From: Eledone cirrhosa
Taxonomy: Eukaryota
Assembly: GCA_964016885.1 (NCBI GenBank)
Contig: OZ024743.1
Location: 363,010,001 to 363,074,000 of the forward strand
DNA length: 64,000 bases
Direction of reading: 5' to 3'
The notes below the pieces were generated by a model, which did no database searches, was not told where the DNA came from, and saw nothing but the letters and a program-made list of their open reading frames with translations. Of this stretch, positions 39,042 to 52,617 are shown one piece after another. Within the stretch, counting starts at the first letter, position 1, and every line of letters begins with the position of its first letter. Both the position numbers and the translations under genes were made by a program.

Positions 39042-39450
39042 GATGGCGGTGGATTGGCAGTATCGGTAGAGAGTGGGACGCCATGCTTTCCAGCATAGTT
39101 ACGTCCCTTTACGATCTGAGTTCAAATCCCTCCGAGGTTGACTTTGTCTTTCATCCTTACGGGGTCGATAAAATAAAGTACCAGTAATGAACTGGGTATT
39201 TGCTGGCCTTGTGCCTAAAGTAGAAATAATAATCATTATTATTATTAAGGATGGTGGATTGGTAGTATCAGTAGAGGGTCGGACGGCATGATTTGACGCA
39301 TAGAGTTACGGCCCTTGCCATTCTGAGTTCAAATCTCTCCGAGGTTAACTTTGCCTTTTATCCTTACGGGGTCGATAAAATAAAGTACCAGTAATGCACT
39401 GGGATAATTGCTGGCCTTGTGCCAAAAGTAGAAACAATTATTATTATTAT

Positions 39451-39454
<4 letters not shown>
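38962..39454 (+). mobile_element. Three head-to-tail SINEs (family A): partial 38962-39038, 39044-39247, 39249-39454
   Basis: Each ends in agtagaaa + (ATT)n. Stacked on the (ATT)n tract of a Helitron fragment (38848-38960). Confidence 0.9.
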
Positions 39455-39510
<56 letters not shown>

Positions 39511-40035
39511 ATTTATGTTTCTTTATATGTATGTATCTTTGTATATATGTATGTATGTATCTATGCATGTTTAAACAATTCCCACATTGATTATTTCAAA
39601 TTAACAGTGTTTTTTAGGTGTTTTATTTTTATTTTCGTTTTGTCCAATTTTGTTTTCTTTTCCTTTTCTTTATTTACTTAGCTTCTTTTAGTTTCCTGCT
39701 TTCAGGATGTTAGAATATAATTTCATTTTAAGGTCAGTTCAACGGGTACACGCTGGTTGATAATCAGCTCACCCTTATGCACACACGCTTACAGGAGAGA
39801 TATACGGTCAAAGGGGAGATAACTTTCCTAATTTGTTATTCTTTTTTATTTTTTCCTATTTCTAGATTTCGTAACAGGAAATTTGAATTTCCTAAATAGA
39901 AAATTAGATATCTAGGGGTTTTATTTTTATTTTTATTGTTTCATTTCTTTTTGTTTATTTTTACCAGACACAAGAGTTTCGCATTTCAGAAGAAAAAAAA
40001 AAAACCATGGTAAATTTTAAAAATATTTTAATTTA

Positions 40036-40196
40036 CCGTATTCCCCAGAGTCGAAGACGCTATTTTTTTCCCCAAATAAGTCTAAAAAATCTATTATGCG
40101 TCCTGGAGGTTGTTTATTACTTTTTTTCGAATTTTTAGTTGTAAATATTACGGTGCGTCCTCGAGGACGAAGCGTCGTCGGCGCCGAGAAATGCGG
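40036..40196. mobile_element. Tc1/mariner-superfamily MITE
   Basis: Imperfect TIRs ccgtattccccagagtcgaagacgct / agcgtcgtcggcgccgagaaatgcgg, with TA on both sides. Confidence 0.6.
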
Positions 40197-40999
40197 TATT
40201 TAAAAAATACAGTTTAGAAAAGTGACGAAAGAAATGTGTAATTAAAAAAAAGGGGGAATTGGAAAATTGAAATACTCTACACTCTTGACTATATATGTCA
40301 GCTGTGTCACACGGACATGGTCACGAGAGAATTGCCGTGACCGCACACGAATAATTCGACTCCCTTAAGTTGACGGTTTATCTTGGGTGCGTCACATGAG
40401 TAGGTTGGCGAAAGCATTGCCAAGAAGAGCAGTCAGTGATAAACACTGAATTGACCATTTCAACTTCCTTTCGGGTGATGTCCTCCGTCCGATTTAGTAT
40501 TGAAAAACAGCAGCAGTTCAGGGACCTAGGACAGCGGAGGTCCATGTCAACTGACATAAAATGGAAATAGCTAGATAATACCTGGTATTTAGTAATCAAA
40601 ATTATGGGATATTTGAGCATCTTTTATTCATGAAAACGAAAATATATATATAATAGAATAGAATAGAAAGAAAAATAAATGAAAAATAAAGAGAAAAGAA
40701 AATAATAAATAGTGAAATTAAGTGAAAGATGAAGGGAGCGGCATATTCTACAGAGTAGACTAGGCGGACAAAATGGCGAAGGCATTGCTACGGAAAACAT
40801 CAGCAACAACCTCTGCATCAGCAGCTCTAGTTCACGGATGGCCTTTTTTAGGGCGGGATGCACACATGTCGCTCTTGGAGGAAATCGGCAATTCGGAGAC
40901 TGAGGACAGCTGAAGTCTCAACGAAAAGGAAGGTCTCGGTATTTATTTATATTGCTCCTCTCCCCGTTACATCAGCAACAATGTAGTTGAACTTTCACC

Positions 41000-41260
41000 C
41001 ATTTCCGATGACGTGTGTGCCAGGTATTTGACCACGGAACAGTTTACTCGTAAAATTAAGGTGCAATTGGCTGAAATTCTATATGTACACATAACACAAT
41101 TCTCGAGGGATTCAGCATGACACAGCCTATGACAAGTTTGTAAGGGTGGACTGGTGCAACATCAAATAAAGCTTCTTGCTCAAGAACACAATATGCCGCC
41201 GAGTATAGAAATCACGACCCCACGATCGTGAGGTAAACACTTAACCAATAAATCACGCAC
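41000..41260 (-). mobile_element. Old tRNA-derived CORE-like SINE
   Basis: RC: tggttaagtg...ttgtgttcttgagcaagaagcttt...ccagtccac. A similar piece lies at 12060-12210. Confidence 0.55.
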
Positions 41261-41478
41261 AACTATATTAATGAGGTGAATTTAAGTCAACTGAAATATA
41301 ATTCAATAGGGTTAAATGAAGAAACACAAGGAGTTTGCTTCTTCCTCTCTAGTGTCCACCACACTATTAAATATATTATTTTAATTGATGTAGATGTTGT
41401 TATAGAGGTTATTTTGTTATTATATTTGTCATTCATTTATTCTCTTACTTGTTTCATCATACAATTTCTATGCTGGAT

Positions 41479-41546
<68 letters not shown>

Positions 41547-41585
41547 TGGGGGGGGGGGGTATACATATATATAGAGATAGATAGA

Positions 41586-41621
<36 letters not shown>

Positions 41622-41721
41622 ACCTGGGCTGTTTAAAGAAAAAAGTGCCTTAGAAAATGTCAATGCGGCACCCCTACGACTCCCTCGGGATTTCATACAA
41701 TATATTCATACAATATATTAG

Positions 41722-41955
41722 CAAATGGAAACTATATTTATAAAACCATATTTATTTCATTATACATAAAATATTTTATCTGATGAAAGCGCACCATAGT
41801 TTGCCTTGGTGGCCCTTGAAATATGTATAATGAAATAAATATGGTTTTATAAATATAGTTTCCATTTGTTAATATCTTGTATATTTACTCCAATAATTTG
41901 TTATAAAAATATTTTGCTTGTTGTATGCCAACAAATTAAATATAACCTCTACATA
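41722..41955 (+). mobile_element. Fold-back PLE end (family of the 737-aa element) with HHR at 41772-41837
   Basis: Arms ~41722-41768 and 41822-41868. tattttat-CTGATGA-aag...ctt-GAAA-t-atgt-a-TA-atgaaata. Terminus caacaaattaaatataacctc then (TA)n. Confidence 0.8.
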
Positions 41956-41959
41956 TATA

Positions 41960-42032
<73 letters not shown>

Positions 42033-42338
42033 ATATACATATATATATGTGTGCGTGTGTGTGTATATATACATATATACAGCATGCATGCATATACATA
42101 CATACACCCATGATTTGAGAGTGAGATTTGTTCAGCCCTAGGATATAATGGGAGGAAATTGCTTAAAGTGTCACGTTAAGAGACTAAAACCAAAACCATA
42201 TGGTTCAGAAGTGAACAAACTCCTGTGCCAAATGTTTTGACATCTCCGCCCCCACCATCACCACCACCACTATCACATATGCTCTCTCTCTCTTTCACAC
42301 ACTCACACACACACTCTTTCTGTCTGTCTCTGTCTCTC

Positions 42339-42415
<77 letters not shown>

Positions 42416-42907
42416 TACTTAACAACAGAATTAGTAATTGGAAAAGTATTTCTTTCGGTCTAACGAAAAGCACCATGATTAAGTACCTGTAAGTTATTAG
42501 GTAATCAGGTACGGAGAGAACTGCATCAGTTCGACCGTGCTGGCGAAAGCTTGCCCTCATGTGAGTCATAGGCGCGGGAATAACTAATACTATCACCGAG
42601 TAGGTACTTTGTGAATTTTCAGAGACATTTCAACGTCGAATTCATGATATTTATTCCAGCTGTCTACCATCTCAGTTCGAAATCATCGAGTTCAAATTTG
42701 TCTCTCATCCTTTCTAAAAATGGAGGGATGAAATTGTTAGAACATCGGTCATGATGTCTGGTGACATCTGTTCTAGCTCTGTGTGTTCAGATTTTAAATT
42801 CCCCTTAAAAATATTGTGATCTGTTATGACTTGTACCCCAATCATTAATACACTTAAGCAACCACTAATGAGATGCACCCCTATAAAATGTCAGTTAAAT
42901 ATATACA

Positions 42908-44230
42908 GCTTCTTCTTCTTCTTCTTCTTCTTCTTCTTCTTCTTCTTCTTCTGAAACATTACTTCCAAAGGGTATTGTCAGAAGCAACCGTCTCCAACTG
43001 ATCCGGCGGGGAGAGATACCATCCAAGCTCATAGATGTTATCCAACCATCTTGCTCGGGGTCTACCCCTGGGTCTCCTGCCGGTTGGTTTTGCCCGTAAA
43101 ATCTGTCCAGTGTTTTTCCCTGAGACATTCTAACCACATTCCCATAGTATCGGAGCTGTGATCGTCAATTCCGAGAAGCAACGGCTCTGCCTGGAGTGAT
43201 TCTCTGATCTCCGAGCTATGCACTCTATTGAGTAGCCTTACTCCAAGACCCTTCGGAGGAACCCCATTTCGGCAGCTTGTATTCGCGATGGTATTCTTTC
43301 GGTCATTAACCAAGATTCATGGCTATAGGTAAGGGTTGGCACAAATACCGAATTGAAGATAACGTGTTTGGTTTTTACACCTACATCCCTTTTTCTGATT
43401 ACCGAATGCTGAAAATGGCGCATTAGTGCACTAGCTCCTGTAATTCTTGCACTATTTCAGCCTCCTGCATTCCATCACTCGTGGACACGGCCCGAGATAC
43501 TTGAACTTCCCCACCTGCTTCATTCACATGTAGACTTCATTCACATGTAGACTTCATTCACTGTGCAGGCTTCCCTGAGAAGACGAGTTTCTCAGTTTTC
43601 GCAGCACTGATTTTAATTCTAGCCATGCAGTACTCGGCATCAAACCTATGAAGTGCAAGTCGGAAATCACCTTTTGTTGAGTTAAGTAACACCATGTCGT
43701 CTGCAAATTCCAACCGACTGATTTTACACCCACCAGTCATGATACCACTGCTAACCCGGCTGCGTATGTCAATCCTGTTCATGAAAATAATTAACAGGAG
43801 AGGTAACAGTACGCATCCTTGGTAGAGTCGGTATCTACATTTTAATTGTTTCTACTTTAGGCACAAGGCCAGCAATTACCCAGTGCATTACTGGTACTTT
43901 ATTTTATCGACCCCGTAAGGATGAAAGGCAAAGTCAACCTCGGCAGGTATCTACATTTTAATGGTTTCGATTTAGCCCCATTTGTCCAAACACAAATACT
44001 CGGACATTCGTATAGAGACATCAGAGCAACAAGAAGCTGACCATCGATCCCATACTCCCGCAGAACCTTCCACAGCAGGTAGCGAGGAACGCTGTCATAT
44101 GCCTTTCCGAGGTCTACAAAACAAGAATATACCTCTTGGCAATACTACCCCGATTTCTCAAAGATCTGTCGCAGTGTGAATATTTAGTCGGTTGTGCTGT
44201 GACCGGGGAGAAAACTGCACCGTTCATCTA
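42908..44230 (-). mobile_element. Decayed RTE-like LINE 3' portion with (GAA)n tail
   Basis: LEFADDMVLL, QGCVL-type motif, VFVPTLTYSHESW, RIQAAEMGFLRR. Confidence 0.85.
43847..43945 (-). mobile_element. 5'-truncated SINE (family A) inserted in the RTE, with 17-bp TSD
   Basis: TSD ggtatctacattttaat at 43830-43846 and 43946-43962. Confidence 0.9.
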
Positions 44231-44652
44231 TTAGTTAGGACTCGACAATCTCACTGCTTTCTTTCCACTCTACCTTTCCCCCGTTTCTCCTATTACGCTC
44301 GCCAACCTTCCTTTTAGTTCTCTCTTCTAAACAAGCCATCTTCTCTCTTTTTTTCTGTCTTCCGATTCTGTCTGGCATCCTCACCGCTACTTACTCAGGT
44401 GTGACATGATGACAACTTAAAAAAAAAAATAGAGAGACTCTCATATGTTTATTATACATAAACATATCATATACACTCCTTTAATTAATCACGCTATGAT
44501 AGAGGCACTTCTAATTACCTCCCTCTAATCAGGTAAGTTCATAAATATGCAAGAACACCTCAAGCCGGTGTTTCCTACACAAAAGCAATATAGGCTTTTG
44601 CCTATTTTTGTTTCTGTAGCGAATGAACAAATATGATCGACGACGGATAAAA

Positions 44653-45290
<638 letters not shown>

Positions 45291-45293
45291 TCG

Positions 45294-45372
<79 letters not shown>

Positions 45373-45603
45373 GAAGTGTAAGTTAACAGGTTAAAATTAA
45401 CACTAGAATTTGAACAGAAAAGAAAACAGAAAAACATAACGATGGAATATAGCTTACTTTTCTCAAGCACCGGTCGCATATGCAACCGGTATCCTTGAGA
45501 AAACAACACCAAACTTCAGCACTGAGCATATAGAAAAAAATCGAAATAATAGTGAGCTATGTTCCATCGTTATGTTTTTCTTTTTTTTTCTGTTCAAATT
45601 CAA

Positions 45604-45662
45604 GCTATCTGATGAAGTCATAGCTGTTAGATAATGGTTATCACGGAAATATATATAACAGC
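45604..45662 (+). ncRNA. Type I hammerhead ribozyme-like core in a PLE end with 5' inversion (~45406-45457 and 45553-45601)
   Basis: gctat-CTGATGA-agtcatagc...gttatcacg-GAAA-t-atat-a-TA-acagc. Confidence 0.6.
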
Positions 45663-45779
45663 AGTGACTACACTTCTTGTTTTTAAATATAATCCTGAGT
45701 AAACAGACCCACCTGCGCACTTCGTCGAGTGCGCTACCCTGCATACTGAAGTGTCGGTAATTAACCAACACATACTCGA

Positions 45780-45813
<34 letters not shown>

Positions 45814-45815
<2 letters not shown>

Positions 45816-46184
45816 CATCTGGACTCAGTTTATTGTGTATTACAATTGTTTCGCCGGCAGATAGCTCGAGACACGATCATTGTATGGATCTATCTGATTC
45901 TAGATCTGCAGGTTCTTCGGACACATGCAATACTTTCGGAACAAATTTTCTCACTGGGGTGTTAGCTTCAAAAAACATCTTCCTCTCTTGCTTTGCTATT
46001 GGCTGTTGTTTTTTGGAAGATGTTTTTTGAAGCTAACACCCCAGTGAGAAAATTTGTTCAGAAACTATTGCATGTGTCCGAAGAACCTGCACATCTAGAA
46101 TCAGACAGATCCATACAAAGATCGTGTCTCGAGCTATCTGTCGGCGAAACAATTGTAACACCCAATAAACTGAGTCCAGATGCA
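45814..46184. repeat. 170-bp-arm fold-back PLE end with HHR 3' half
   Basis: Arms 45814-45983 and 46015-46184. GAAA-c-aatt-g-TA at 46146-46157, then aataaa. Confidence 0.8.
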
Positions 46185-46282
46185 ACACTGATTTTTCGTT
46201 TTATATTATATCACACTCTGCTCTGTAAGAACATAGAGTGCTCAACTGGCATACCGCCTATGGAAGCATCATAGCTACCATT

Positions 46283-46389
<107 letters not shown>

Positions 46390-46518
46390 CATATTGTTAT
46401 ATTTGCGGAGGGTTATATTGTTATAATATTGCGAGAAATATATAATAAAACACACTCACTGTTTGGTTTGGGTTGGTTTTCGCTTCCCAACATTTTATAT
46501 CCCTATACTGAAAAACAG

Positions 46519-46569
<51 letters not shown>

Positions 46570-46571
<2 letters not shown>

Positions 46572-46820
46572 AGGAACACTCTGAATCAACACCTCTAATC
46601 AGGGGAGGAGAGGTTGATGACTGCAGCAGCGGGCAGGAGAACCCGGTGAAAGGAGCACAATAAATCCAATAGACCAGAGACCACATACAAATGTGATCTA
46701 TGTGACAGAGACTGTCACTCACGTATAGGTCTGTTTAGTCACCCGAGACGCTGCTCCAGCCTGAGCTGACAACAGGATACTAACTACCTATGGTCAGCCT
46801 TGACCGAAGGAGACCTTAAA
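46570..46820 (+). mobile_element. RTE LINE 3' end fragment
   Basis: Encodes YKCDLCDRDCHSRIGLFSHPRRC, the C-terminal Zn-finger motif typical of RTE ORFs. Confidence 0.8.
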
Positions 46821-46885
<65 letters not shown>

Positions 46886-46890
<5 letters not shown>

Positions 46891-47606
46891 TATGTATACG
46901 TACATACATATATGTATACAGGCGTACAGTAGTATGTATATATATACATACATGCACACATATATATATGTACGTATTGATTTACCGAACATTTATCATA
47001 ATGATCGGTGTGTTTGTAAACAAACATCCCGAATTAAGCCGTACAGTGTTTAGCAACCATCGTTGCCCTTTTGTTCAACACTGACAAAGGAACGATGTAC
47101 TAGTTTCAAGCTTATTAGCTAGCGTCAGCGCCGTATACCTTCCTGCCAGATGATTGAACGTCTGAAAGTATATACTTTCCTTATGCATATTAACGACTGA
47201 GCATATTAACGGCTGAGCTAATAAGCTTGAAACTAATACATCGTTCCATCGAGTGAGTTAGTCGACCGGGCGCACCGAAAACGATAAATGGAAAAAATGA
47301 ACTGAAATTTCATTTCTCACTCTTAGTACGGCTGATACCTAAATATAAGTATGTATACGTACATACATATATGTGTACAGACGTACAGTAGTATGTATAT
47401 ATACATACATGCACATATATATATATATGTACGTATGGGTTTACCGAACATTTATTATAATGTTCGGTTTGTTTGTAAACAAACAGCCCGTATTACGCCG
47501 TACACTGCTCGGCAACCATCGTCGCCCTTTGTTCAACACTGACACAGGAACGATGTACTAGTTTCAAGCTTATTAGCTATCGTCAGCATCGTATACCTTT
47601 CTGTCA
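46886..47606 (-). mobile_element. Second locus of the retrozyme-like tandem family (period 458 bp)
   Basis: HHRs at 47551-47591 (intact, perfect stem I cgatg/catcg) and 47093-47133 (A9>C). Small internal inversion at ~47216-47247. Confidence 0.8.
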
Positions 47607-47760
47607 TATATATATATATATATATATATATGGAAAGTTATATTTAAATTGTTGGGTTACAACTAGTAAATATTTATAACTGATATAAAAGCACTCGACA
47701 AGTATTTGGAGTATATTTACGATATTAAATAAATGGAAACTATATTTATAAAACCATATT

Positions 47761-47826
47761 TATTTCATTATATATATTTCAGGGATATCATATTAACAAT
47801 ATGCTATGCCTTCCTCAGACAAAATA
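47761..47826 (-). ncRNA. Type I hammerhead ribozyme in the 3' pLTR
   Basis: RC: tattttgt-CTGAGGA-agg...cct-GAAA-t-atat-a-TA-atgaaata. Confidence 0.8.
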
Positions 47827-49179
47827 CAATATAGACAGTTTTATAGATAAATAGATTTGACATACCGTTCAACATCGACTTGTATTTGAAAAGTTGATTT
47901 GGCAGTGAAAAAAATTGTAAACAGAAAGAAAGAAAGAGAGAAAAAAAAAAAAAAGGAAAGAAAGAAAAGAAAGAAAGAAAACGAAGAAAAAGAAGAAAAA
48001 GAAGAAATGCATGGAACAAAATAGAGAGATGGAAAGATAGATAAAGAGAAGAACTTCATGTAAAGAAACAGAGATATATATATATAGAGAGAGGAAATAG
48101 ATAGAGATAGATATATAGAGAAAAGTAGGTGGTTGGACATCCGTTGAATAAACGTATCAATGATACATTTATTTATTTATTTATTTATTTACCTCTAGTA
48201 TTAATGTAAGGGAGATATATGTGGTTAGGAGAGAAACCAGCTGTTATATAGAGAGAAAAATGAAAAGTAACCAGACATAGGCGAGGCATAAAAACCTATG
48301 TTTTAATGTAGAAGTATTAGTATGTATAAAAACCAGGCACTATAATGTAAATATCAGTATTCCTGAATGAGACACGTATCCATAATGTGTGAAAAGTAAT
48401 GATCTTATGTTTAGTTTAAAAAAATTCATATGTTTATATGATAACTACAAACATCGATGTGAATTTACGTGATCAACTCTGCAAACCCCAATTTTCCACG
48501 GAGAACATTCTCAATGTGCTATAAAAATTTAAGTATACATATATGTGTATATATATATACACATATATATAGAGTCTATATTACTACTAATCTTGTCTTT
48601 ACTCTACGTGATTATCTATCAAGCAGAGATAGAGAACAGATTTCAATATATTAATAAAAAAAATATCAGAAACAAAAACCCAAAAAAAAAATAATAATAA
48701 TAATAATAAATAATAATAAAATAGAAAACTAAAAAATATTACGAAAAAATATTACATATTAAAAATATTACATATTAAAAATAAAAATATTAGAAAATAC
48801 TACAATAATAAAAACAAACCACAAAGATCAACCCTTCAAAATTAATTGACAATATATTGCCAAGTTCATTATAAGCATCAGAGTCGAAAACAGATAAAGC
48901 TAAAAATTATTTATCAAATCGCGTCTAGCAAAAATCATTTCAAAAAGTTTAGGATGCCCATTTGGTCTACATGTGTTCTTATATTTAATATAGAAGTTTA
49001 TCTAGTGTAACGTTTATTCGAAATATTTGGAGCATCAACTTTTAAGGTAGTTTAATTTTTCATGAAGAATGTTTAAATAAAAATAAAAATAAAAATAAAA
49101 ATAAAAAGAAGAATAAAAAGAAGAAATCGAAAGATTTATCGGCTAGTTTCCCAAATAATTATAAATCAAACTAAATATA

Positions 49180-51393
49180 CTACATTTTAAATTTAAATTT
49201 ATATTTAAAAGTTGAGTTTAATCTATGTTTGCAGCAACTGAATAAATTTGTCCGTAGATTAAGGGAATTTTTAGATTTTCGTATAAAGAATATCTCCTCT
49301 GCGCAGAGGTCACATGTCTCAGAGGATGAATTAAAAGGAACCCCTCTTGAGACTATATTCCAAGCCGTCGAATATCTAACGTTATCTAGCTTAAGTTGCC
49401 AGAGTACGCCTGATAGTGCTGTTGAAGATTTTTTGCTTGGATCTGTGAAAGAATTCTTGTGGTTATTATAGCGAAGTTTAAATTCCGTCGATGTGGAACC
49501 GACGTAGTTAAAAGAATTAGAGTCAGTTTTAACATTACAATTGTATATTATATTTTTAACTAAGCAGTTGTTATTTAACGGACATTTAGATCTATCTCTA
49601 CAGTTACATTTGTTAACTTGTATATTATTTATGCTATTATCACTATGTTTTAAGTTCCTATTATTTATTCTATTAATATTTTGTGCTAAATTTTTGGTGG
49701 ATGAGTAGGTTAATTTTATAGTATGTCTATTGAAAATTGAGTGATACCTATGTGTTCTAGGGAAGCGATTATCAAGAGCTTTAAAAAATAGTTTAGCGAT
49801 GTGGGTTTTAATGTTTAGTGAGAAAGGGGGGGCAAACCAAATTATGTTCCTAGTTCTATTTCTTTTTTGGCTTTTGGAATTATTGTAATGCTTTCTATTA
49901 TAGTTGTTAAGGTTGTTGCCGTAATTAAAATAGTTGTTATTTTGTTTAGTTTGTCTATCATTATCTATGTACATAATCTTATCACTATATCCTGCTCTAG
50001 CTAACGCTTCATTGTAGTACTGGGCTTTTTCGTCGAAAATCTTTCTATTGGATGAGATTCTAGAGATACGTTTTTGAACAGAGTTTACTATAGTGTTTTT
50101 GACAGATCTGGGGTGGTTAGAGTTAAAGCTGACATAGTTTAAGTTTTCATTCAACTTGTGAAAAGGATAGTGAAGACATGTGTTGAGATTTAATGTTATA
50201 TCTAGGAAATTGACTATTCTATGGTTGTTCTCAATTTCTATTTTAAGATTAAAGTAATTAAAAAATTGTGTAATTTGTTTACATTTTCTATTTAGTTCAG
50301 AGTTATTATTATCAATAAGTAAAAGCATGTCATCTCTATATAAACCTCCGGTAGTACCAGGTATTTTCCTATGTAGCGAATTGATTAAAAATAAGGTCAC
50401 AAGGTCAGTTACCTGGGCTGAGTCGGATGATCCCATAGTAATGTCAAAATTGCTATCTCTATCTGCTCTGGTCCATAGTTGGTCATTAAATTCTATCAAT
50501 GTTTTCCTAGCCGATAATATAATATGCATTTCATTGCTAGTTAGGTCTGTATGTTTGAATGCGTAATTTAGTGCCTTATTTAGTAGATTAGGGGTAATAG
50601 AAGAATAATAGTTAGCAATATCAAGTTGAATAAACTTATTATTATTGTTATATTTAATTTGCTTAAACCACTCAACAACCTCTCCAGTTCCCTTCCACAA
50701 GCTCAGGTTAGGTAAACAATCCAAGTTCTTAATTTGCTGTATCACCCTGTCAAGAATGTTTTTGCTTAATTTGCCCAGGTCCGATTTTGATGGTGCGATC
50801 AATCTAACTGGCAAGTCATTTTCAAAATTGCTCTTGTGATCTTTCATATTGATCTTCGGTTTCCTGGGCACGAAAGGTTGTGTTCTGTTCTCAATTTCCA
50901 ACTCGTGCATTATACAAGATGCATCGACATTCATTTTCTCAAGCTCGGCCTTATCTGCTACCTTGTACTTTTTCCTCAGTTCCTTCAGTATGAGGCCATT
51001 ATACATGTCTTTCTGCACTCCATAGAGGTTGTTGGTCTTGTCAGATTTCACCAAGATCTTCTCAGTTTTCTCTAAGCTCTCAATATTATCCTTAATGCCT
51101 TTCAGATATTCCTGGCCTTTGAAGTTTCTCTTGAATTTGACCCCTTGTATGATAGAAATTATATCGTTTTCAAAGTCAGATAAAAGTTTGTTAGGGGGTG
51201 GATTTCTTTTAGATTTGAAAACTTTGTTTAAGTCCGAGACATTTTCATTTATATTAGATTTATCAAAGTGGAATGCTCGCCACCTGATTCTCCTTATAAA
51301 AGAGTCAGATTTATCTATTAATTGTTTTATAAAGTCTTTGTTTCTAGGTAGAGGTATGTCTTTTAAAGAGGAAGTAATCTTAAAGAATTCCAT
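49180..51393 (-). CDS. PLE polyprotein: reverse transcriptase + C-terminal GIY-YIG endonuclease (737 aa, intact)
   Basis: VKSDKT, PVRLIAP, QLDIANYYSSI, DITMGS, GGLYRDD, FLDITL, CNCRDRSKC (CxCx5C linker), NIIY...YVGST..FKLRYNNH, CDLC, CKH. Confidence 0.95.
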   Translation of the reverse strand: MEFFKITSSLKDIPLPRNKDFIKQLIDKSDSFIRRIRWRAFHFDKSNINENVSDLNKVFKSKRNPPPNKLLSDFENDIISIIQGVKFKRNFKGQEYLKGIKDNIESLEKTEKILVKSDKTNNLYGVQKDMYNGLILKELRKKYKVADKAELEKMNVDASCIMHELEIENRTQPFVPRKPKINMKDHKSNFENDLPVRLIAPSKSDLGKLSKNILDRVIQQIKNLDCLPNLSLWKGTGEVVEWFKQIKYNNNNKFIQLDIANYYSSITPNLLNKALNYAFKHTDLTSNEMHIILSARKTLIEFNDQLWTRADRDSNFDITMGSSDSAQVTDLVTLFLINSLHRKIPGTTGGLYRDDMLLLIDNNNSELNRKCKQITQFFNYFNLKIEIENNHRIVNFLDITLNLNTCLHYPFHKLNENLNYVSFNSNHPRSVKNTIVNSVQKRISRISSNRKIFDEKAQYYNEALARAGYSDKIMYIDNDRQTKQNNNYFNYGNNLNNYNRKHYNNSKSQKRNRTRNIIWFAPPFSLNIKTHIAKLFFKALDNRFPRTHRYHSIFNRHTIKLTYSSTKNLAQNINRINNRNLKHSDNSINNIQVNKCNCRDRSKCPLNNNCLVKNIIYNCNVKTDSNSFNYVGSTSTEFKLRYNNHKNSFTDPSKKSSTALSGVLWQLKLDNVRYSTAWNIVSRGVPFNSSSETCDLCAEEIFFIRKSKNSLNLRTNLFSCCKHRLNSTFKYKFKFKM

Positions 51394-52036
51394 TTTTTCA
51401 GGTATAATATAAAGCGCTCAACAGTATTGGAGCAAGATACATGGAAAGTTATATTTAAATTGTTGGGTTACAACTAGTAAATATTTATAACTGATATAAA
51501 AGCACTCGACAAGTATTTGGAGTATATTTACTAATACGTCTACATTAAAACATAGGTTTTTATGCCTCGCCTATGTCTGGTTACTTTTCATTTTTCTCTC
51601 TATATAACAGCTGGTTTCTCTCCTAACCACATATATCTCCCTTACATTAATACTAGAGCTAAATAGATAAATAAATAAATAAATGTATCATTGATACGTT
51701 TATTCAACGGATGTCCAACCACCTCCTTTTCTCTATATATCTATCTCTATCTATTTCCTCTCTCTATATATATCTCTCTCTGTTTCTTTACATGAAATTC
51801 TTCTCTTTATCTATCTTTCCATCTCTCTATTTTGTTCCATGCATTTCTTCTTTTTCTTCTTTTTCTTCGTTTTCTTTTTTTCTTTTCTTTCTTTCCTTTT
51901 TTTTTTTTTTTTTCTTTTTTTACTCTCTTTCTTTCTTTCTGTTTACAATTTTTTTCACTGCCAAATCAACTTTTCAAATACAAGTCGATGTTGAACGGTA
52001 TGTCAAATCTATTTATCTATAAAACTGTCTATATTG

Positions 52037-52102
52037 TATTTTGTCTGAGGAAGGCATAGCATATTGTTAATATGATATCCCTGAAATATATATAATGAAA
52101 TA
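52037..52102 (+). ncRNA. Type I hammerhead ribozyme in the inverted pLTR
   Basis: Identical to the RC of 47761-47826. Confidence 0.8.
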
Positions 52103-52142
52103 AATATGGTTTTATAAATATAGTTTCCATTTATTTAATATC

Positions 52143-52228
<86 letters not shown>

Positions 52229-52247
52229 GTATATATATATATATGTA

Positions 52248-52360
<113 letters not shown>

Positions 52361-52365
52361 GTATG

Positions 52366-52452
<87 letters not shown>

Positions 52453-52511
52453 GTACAGTATATATATATATATATATATATGTACAGCATATATATATAT
52501 ATATATGTACA

Positions 52512-52569
<58 letters not shown>

Positions 52570-52617
52570 CATATATATATATATATACAGCATATATATA
52601 TATATATATATGTACAG

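Larger units (their letters stand above)
47631..52143 (-). mobile_element. Full-length Penelope-like element (Hydra-clade-like) with inverted + partial direct pLTR
   Basis: 51531-52143 is the RC of ~47718-48320, and 51441-51531 equals 47631-47721. (TA)n on both sides. Confidence 0.95.
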
